DNA of 64,000 nucleotides, taken from the NCBI GenBank assembly GCA_037447605.1, contig CM074818.1, positions 1,810,617 to 1,874,616 on the forward strand, in the 5' to 3' direction. This document shows positions 59,543 to 64,000 of this stretch, piece by piece (within the stretch, counting starts at the first letter, position 1; each line of letters begins with the position of its first letter). Position numbers and translations under genes: made by a program. The notes under the pieces were generated by a model. It was not told where the DNA came from, did not search any database, and saw only the letters and a list, made by a program, of their open reading frames with translations. Source of the stretch: Zygnema circumcarinatum SAG 698-1b (lineage: Eukaryota > Plantae > Zygnematophyceae).

Positions 59543-62500
59543 TCAGCCGAAGGCGTAGGGGTCGTCCTGGTAGGGGTTGAGTGATCCGCAAGAAAACAGG
59601 TCGCCGATAGGGTGCGCCTCCTCGGCCTGCGAACAGAGCGGCGATTGGAATGAAACCGTTACGATGCGCTCCTTATCCCAAAAACTGTAAAACTCTGAAA
59701 GCGTAAAAACCCTGATTCCATAGAAGCACTAAACTGACCTGTTCATGTGACGGATAACCCTTTAAAACCCGGTCGATCCTCTGATGGCATGCAGTGAATT
59801 TGAACTCGACACATAACAAGTAAACGATTGAGCAAACATTGCCAACTAGCGCTGTGAGAAGCAAACTCGTCTACTGCCGCATCTAAAGTAGCAGAAAACA
59901 ATAAAGTTTGTCTTTGCTTAGGAGCAAAGGCTATGTTGGTAAGGTACTTACCCTCACCACGACGGAGCTCCTTGCACGCTTCCTCTTCGAGACCTTCCCG
60001 TTCTCGGAAATGTGCTTCGTATACTCGTGACTTGCCATCTGCAGACGAGAGAATAAGACAACCCAACACAAAAGGCCTAAATGAAGGTATTCGTAGAGAG
60101 AAAGACCACTATAGACTGACTACACGCTCCAAAGCATTAGTATGCAAGTCTGGGATAGTCTGCTTGAAATTCATGACTTCTTCCAGCCGTGACTATCACT
60201 TAATTGAACCTTCACAATTTCGTGAAGATTGATCCGATCAAAAGGTTGTGGGGTTTTGCTAAATAAACTAAGCAAAGCCACACCAAGCAAAGTTCAAAGT
60301 CGGGGAGGGAAGGAGTCTAAAGACTGCGAAGACGGCGCCCTTACCTTTCCCACTTCACAAGTGCTTTTAATACCAAAGCATGGATGTAGTCTCCTAACTC
60401 CCCTATGATATTTGGACGGCCTCCTAGTTATCACAACAGGTGGTCGTGATCCATCTGTTTGATTTACAGATTTGTTTTATGGTTGCACTTCCACAAAGGA
60501 AAGACCAAGTTCGCCAGAGTTTGTGGAAAGGTTAAGATATGTCAAGGAGTTGACAACGAGACCTTATAACCACTACTCATTTGCAGAGCTTCTTGTTTCA
60601 GACCTTCTGCTGGCGACCGGTTGGGGGAGTCTTGAACGCATCAGTGTCATAACGAGAGTTTGGCGTCGATTGCATTGTCACCTTCGGCACATCTCCTTTC
60701 TTCTGCACAGGCGTCACACCAACAGTTGTGAACCCTGGAAACCAACAAGCAATATGAAGTACAATTGCGAAGAACTTTCGGGCTGTATAGGGTGCAGCAG
60801 TACTGCTACACATGAACTTGAACATGGCACTTCTTCTCTGGACAGTGTATTGCAGGTCAGTTTGAATAAGCTGTGAAGGCTGGGCGACAGAGAACTGGCC
60901 GCTCACCGTTCTCGAATATCGAGTAGGCGTTTCGCCAGACGCAGCACCGGAAGGTGTAGAAAAATGAGCAGGTAATCTCGTTTTCTTCTTGGGCTCAGTG
61001 ACCTGCCACGCACTTGTTTCTAAAGAAATGAATACAGAAAAGGATATGTAGTAGAACATATAGAAAGAGAAAGATACGGTTGACGAGATATGGAGACGTG
61101 TATGCACGTGCATAGCTTTCACTCAAACTTAACGAAGGGTATAGGTTTAAAAAAGCCACACCCGCAAGTCACAAAGGTATATTCAAATGGGCTGAAGTGC
61201 ATTCAGCAGCACTCCCGAAGAGGACACCCTCTATCATTTTCTTGGCATCGTAGCTACAGCACCATTCAAAGGACCTGGAACGCTTCCGAAACCATACCGC
61301 TGTAGTTTTCACTTGTCCAACAGGTGCAAGAAGTCCGTCTTCAGTATCGATATCTATTGTAGCGTTAGTAACGTCCTGCCAAGTGAATATCCCTCATACA
61401 GTTGAGACGACTCCATCATCAGATCTCACTGGAATGTAAACGCTTTTCTTTGTCAAGAAATTGAGCAGCCCTTTCAAGAGAGGCTAAGCTGTAAAAACTT
61501 ACAGCCAGGGGAGTCTGTGGATTTTCATGCTTCTCTCCACCGATACCATCTGGAGTCGTCACTCCATAAAGAGTCTGCATGCAAAGTGAAAGATTGTTTG
61601 ATTTCCACCTATTGCTCAACTTGGATTAAAAGGAGGAATAAGAAAACATGACATAGGGGTCCCTTATGGTAGTCATTTGTTAAGCAGCTTAAGAGAAAAT
61701 GTTACAGCTTCACGATGCCGCACCTGATTGAGTTCTTTCTGCATATCATTACTGAAGCGTTGAAGAATAGCTTCATAGCGGAACTTGTCATGGGAAAGCT
61801 TTATCTCTTTCTCCTCCAACTTTTTTTCGTAGTCATCCTTCGCTCTGCGGATCACCTCCTCATGCTTCACCTGTTCTGCGAGGGATATCGATTTCACTCG
61901 TTCCAAAGCCGCTTCACTCTGTCCAATACACCACACAGCGGTGTCGTGCTTCAGCTTTCGAGTTTAAAAAGGAAACGCATGAGAGAAAAAACATACAAGA
62001 AAAGAGGAACTTTTGTGTTTGCTTCGTACGAATAAAATCTCAACTTCGATACTCCGCAGTATCATCTCCGTCAGCTTACCTTTTGAAGGCGTTCCTCGCA
62101 ATCTTGTAGCCGTTTGGTGGTTTTTTCCTTGAAGGCAATCAGCTCATCCTTGTGGTTCTCGGCAGCTTCCAGTTCGCTTTGCGTCTGTCATGACATGATA
62201 AAAAGATGGATTGCATGCTGAAGTTTGCATGGGCCGACTTGTGTGACTTCTTATATCAGTGGAAGGGTATCTTGCCCATTCATAGACAATCAACATAAGA
62301 GGCAGAAAATGAGAACAAAAACTATCATTTATTTTAAAGAGATTGTTTCTCAAAAGACGAAACGATAGCTTCACCCATAAAAAAAAGTGACTAGTAATGG
62401 CGACAAATGAGATGCTAGGATGACAGCAAGAAACTACCTTCTGTAGTTCCAACTCCAGATGAACATTACGTTCCGTTATCTCCTCCGCCTTTGTTTTCCA

Positions 62501-64000
62501 CTCCTTTTCCAAAGCTTCTTGGTTCTGGACGGAAAATGAGTTAGTTCAGTTAGTAACTTTATTTTGATGCTATGCATAAATTTTTGAACATTCAATATAT
62601 TTGACTTTGCGCTTCCATGCAGCAACTGTTTTTTTTGCATTACCTCTTTGAACTCTTTTTCGTGCTTGAGGTTCGCCTGTAGTATTCCAGCTTGATGTTT
62701 TTCCAGCATGCTGACTTTTTCGGTTTGAAGGTTTTGCACTTGCTCCGTTTCCTGGAAAAAAAAAAAAAAGACTTGTCATATTCCTTGTTATGCAGCTTTG
62801 AAGGAGATAGGTTGAAAAGTTCTTCTGTAACGATTACCTTCTCCAACGCCGCCATGAGAGCCATTTTTTCCGTCGAGAACTCCATCTTGAGCTCCTGGAT
62901 TTTTTTTCTCTTTTCCTCCTCTTGCTGCCTTGCAAGCTCAGTAATCTGAGATCAACCGTAGGGAAAGCAGACAGGACAAGTGAATTTTCAACATGTGATT
63001 TTTTCTGCCAACATATTTCCTTGAAAAAGTTGTGCGTAGCCAGCCGTCAGTTGACCAGGAAATTAGTATGTTCACCTTTTTTCTGTTTTCCTCTTCAAGA
63101 TTGTCGATAGAAATTTTTGCTGCTTCCTTGTCACACACCAGAGTCTGTTCATATTCTTTTTTTGTTTTCTCCACCATCTCGCTTGCCTGCATAACATCTC
63201 AATCCGTTGGCTAGGTATACAGACAGACCCCTTTCGGCAGCCAGGGCCTATCCTTGCGACTGAAAACCATTTTGGAAAAACTGGAAAGCAGAATGCTATT
63301 TATAACAGTTCAAAAAAATTATCCGTGTTTCTGGAGGTAAAAAACAGTGAGCTAACCTTTCTCCTCTCATTTTCGATTGCGTCCTCCTTTTCAGCTTCGT
63401 ATTGCTTTCGCATTTCAGCTAAGGCCTGCAAACAGCGTGTTCAAGAATAAGCTGCCACGTTATCTTAATGCAACAACAATCGGTATTGCGAAATTAGAAG
63501 TTGCGCATGAGTCGTCTACCTGGTTATTTTGGATTGATATCTCCCGCAAGTGTCTCTCAAGCTCGAGCTGCTTTGTTTCAATCTGCGCTCGTGTCTCTGT
63601 TTTGATCGCTTCACTTGCCTGCTGAGCACATACCATCTGCTCTTTGGTCTGTCACACAAATCAACATGTTCTGAAATCGTCAGTTGTATGAGTCTGATCA
63701 CTCTGGAAAAACAGTTCCTGGTCTTGTTAATACTGGAAACTGAACAAACCGCCTATACGACAGCTGTGCCCCTTGGTGAGCAAAATCTATGTTGACATGC
63801 AAAGAACTGACATAGTCATGTTCTACCCAGCTACAATGATGCTCGGAAGCTTCGCAAAGCCCAGGCTTTCAAAAGGGACAACCTCAATAAGTTTCTTCTG
63901 TACTTCCTGGTACTGTTCTTCAAGCCGGTTAAGATCATCTTTGCTTCTATTGTGAGACTCCTGAGCAGTCTTCAGCTCCTCCAGCGTCGCAACATGCATC
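59543..64000 (-). CDS. ZYP1: Synaptonemal complex transverse filament protein ZYP1-like (3' part; gene continues beyond the window)
   Basis: The last exon (59626-59543) encodes AEEAHPIGDLFSCGSLNPYQDDPYAFG*, matching the plant ZYP1 terminal motif [21 protein letters not shown]. The penultimate exon (60038-59952) encodes MASHEYTKHISENGKVSKRKRARSS, like ZYP1 HREYEVETNNGR..KRRKTR. Upstream exons are E/K-rich coiled coil. Confidence 0.88.

Noticed and set aside
31804-59790. The mTERF units as an autonomous transposon
   Set aside because: No transposase, RT, Rep/helicase or integrase ORF, and no unit-terminal TIR/LTR or TSD; junctions lie in microsatellites, which fits segmental duplication.

Overview
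Eukaryotic, intron-rich nuclear DNA of a green-plant lineage. The gene families are plant-type, introns are (GA)n/(CT)n-rich and interstitial (TTAGGG)n tracts are common; a streptophyte alga is plausible but the species cannot be determined. The left half holds ordinary spliced genes: an unknown gene (-, partial), an RNF4/STUbL-type RING E3 ligase (-), a FLOE1-family prion-like DUF1421 protein (+), an alpha-type Aurora kinase (+) with an exact 1,394-bp internal tandem duplication, a kinesin-6-like motor (+) and a conserved K/R/E-rich protein (+). The right half (about 31.8-59.8 kb) is a rearranged array of five intact, intronless mTERF paralogs (A, B, C, E on -, D on +), interrupted by a glutaredoxin-domain gene and ending at the 3' end of ZYP1 (synaptonemal complex transverse filament, -). 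The main observation is that the mTERF copies are mosaics of one another, and their differences concentrate at the same positions around the conserved Pro of each mTERF repeat, resembling restorer-of-fertility-like diversification. The duplicated units carry decayed copies of the last intron and exon of ZYP1, and several junctions fall in microsatellite or telomere-like tracts. A hairpin-containing inverted-repeat family forms a 579-bp foldback element and also brackets the whole FLOE-like gene. All alignments were made by eye; no searches were run.
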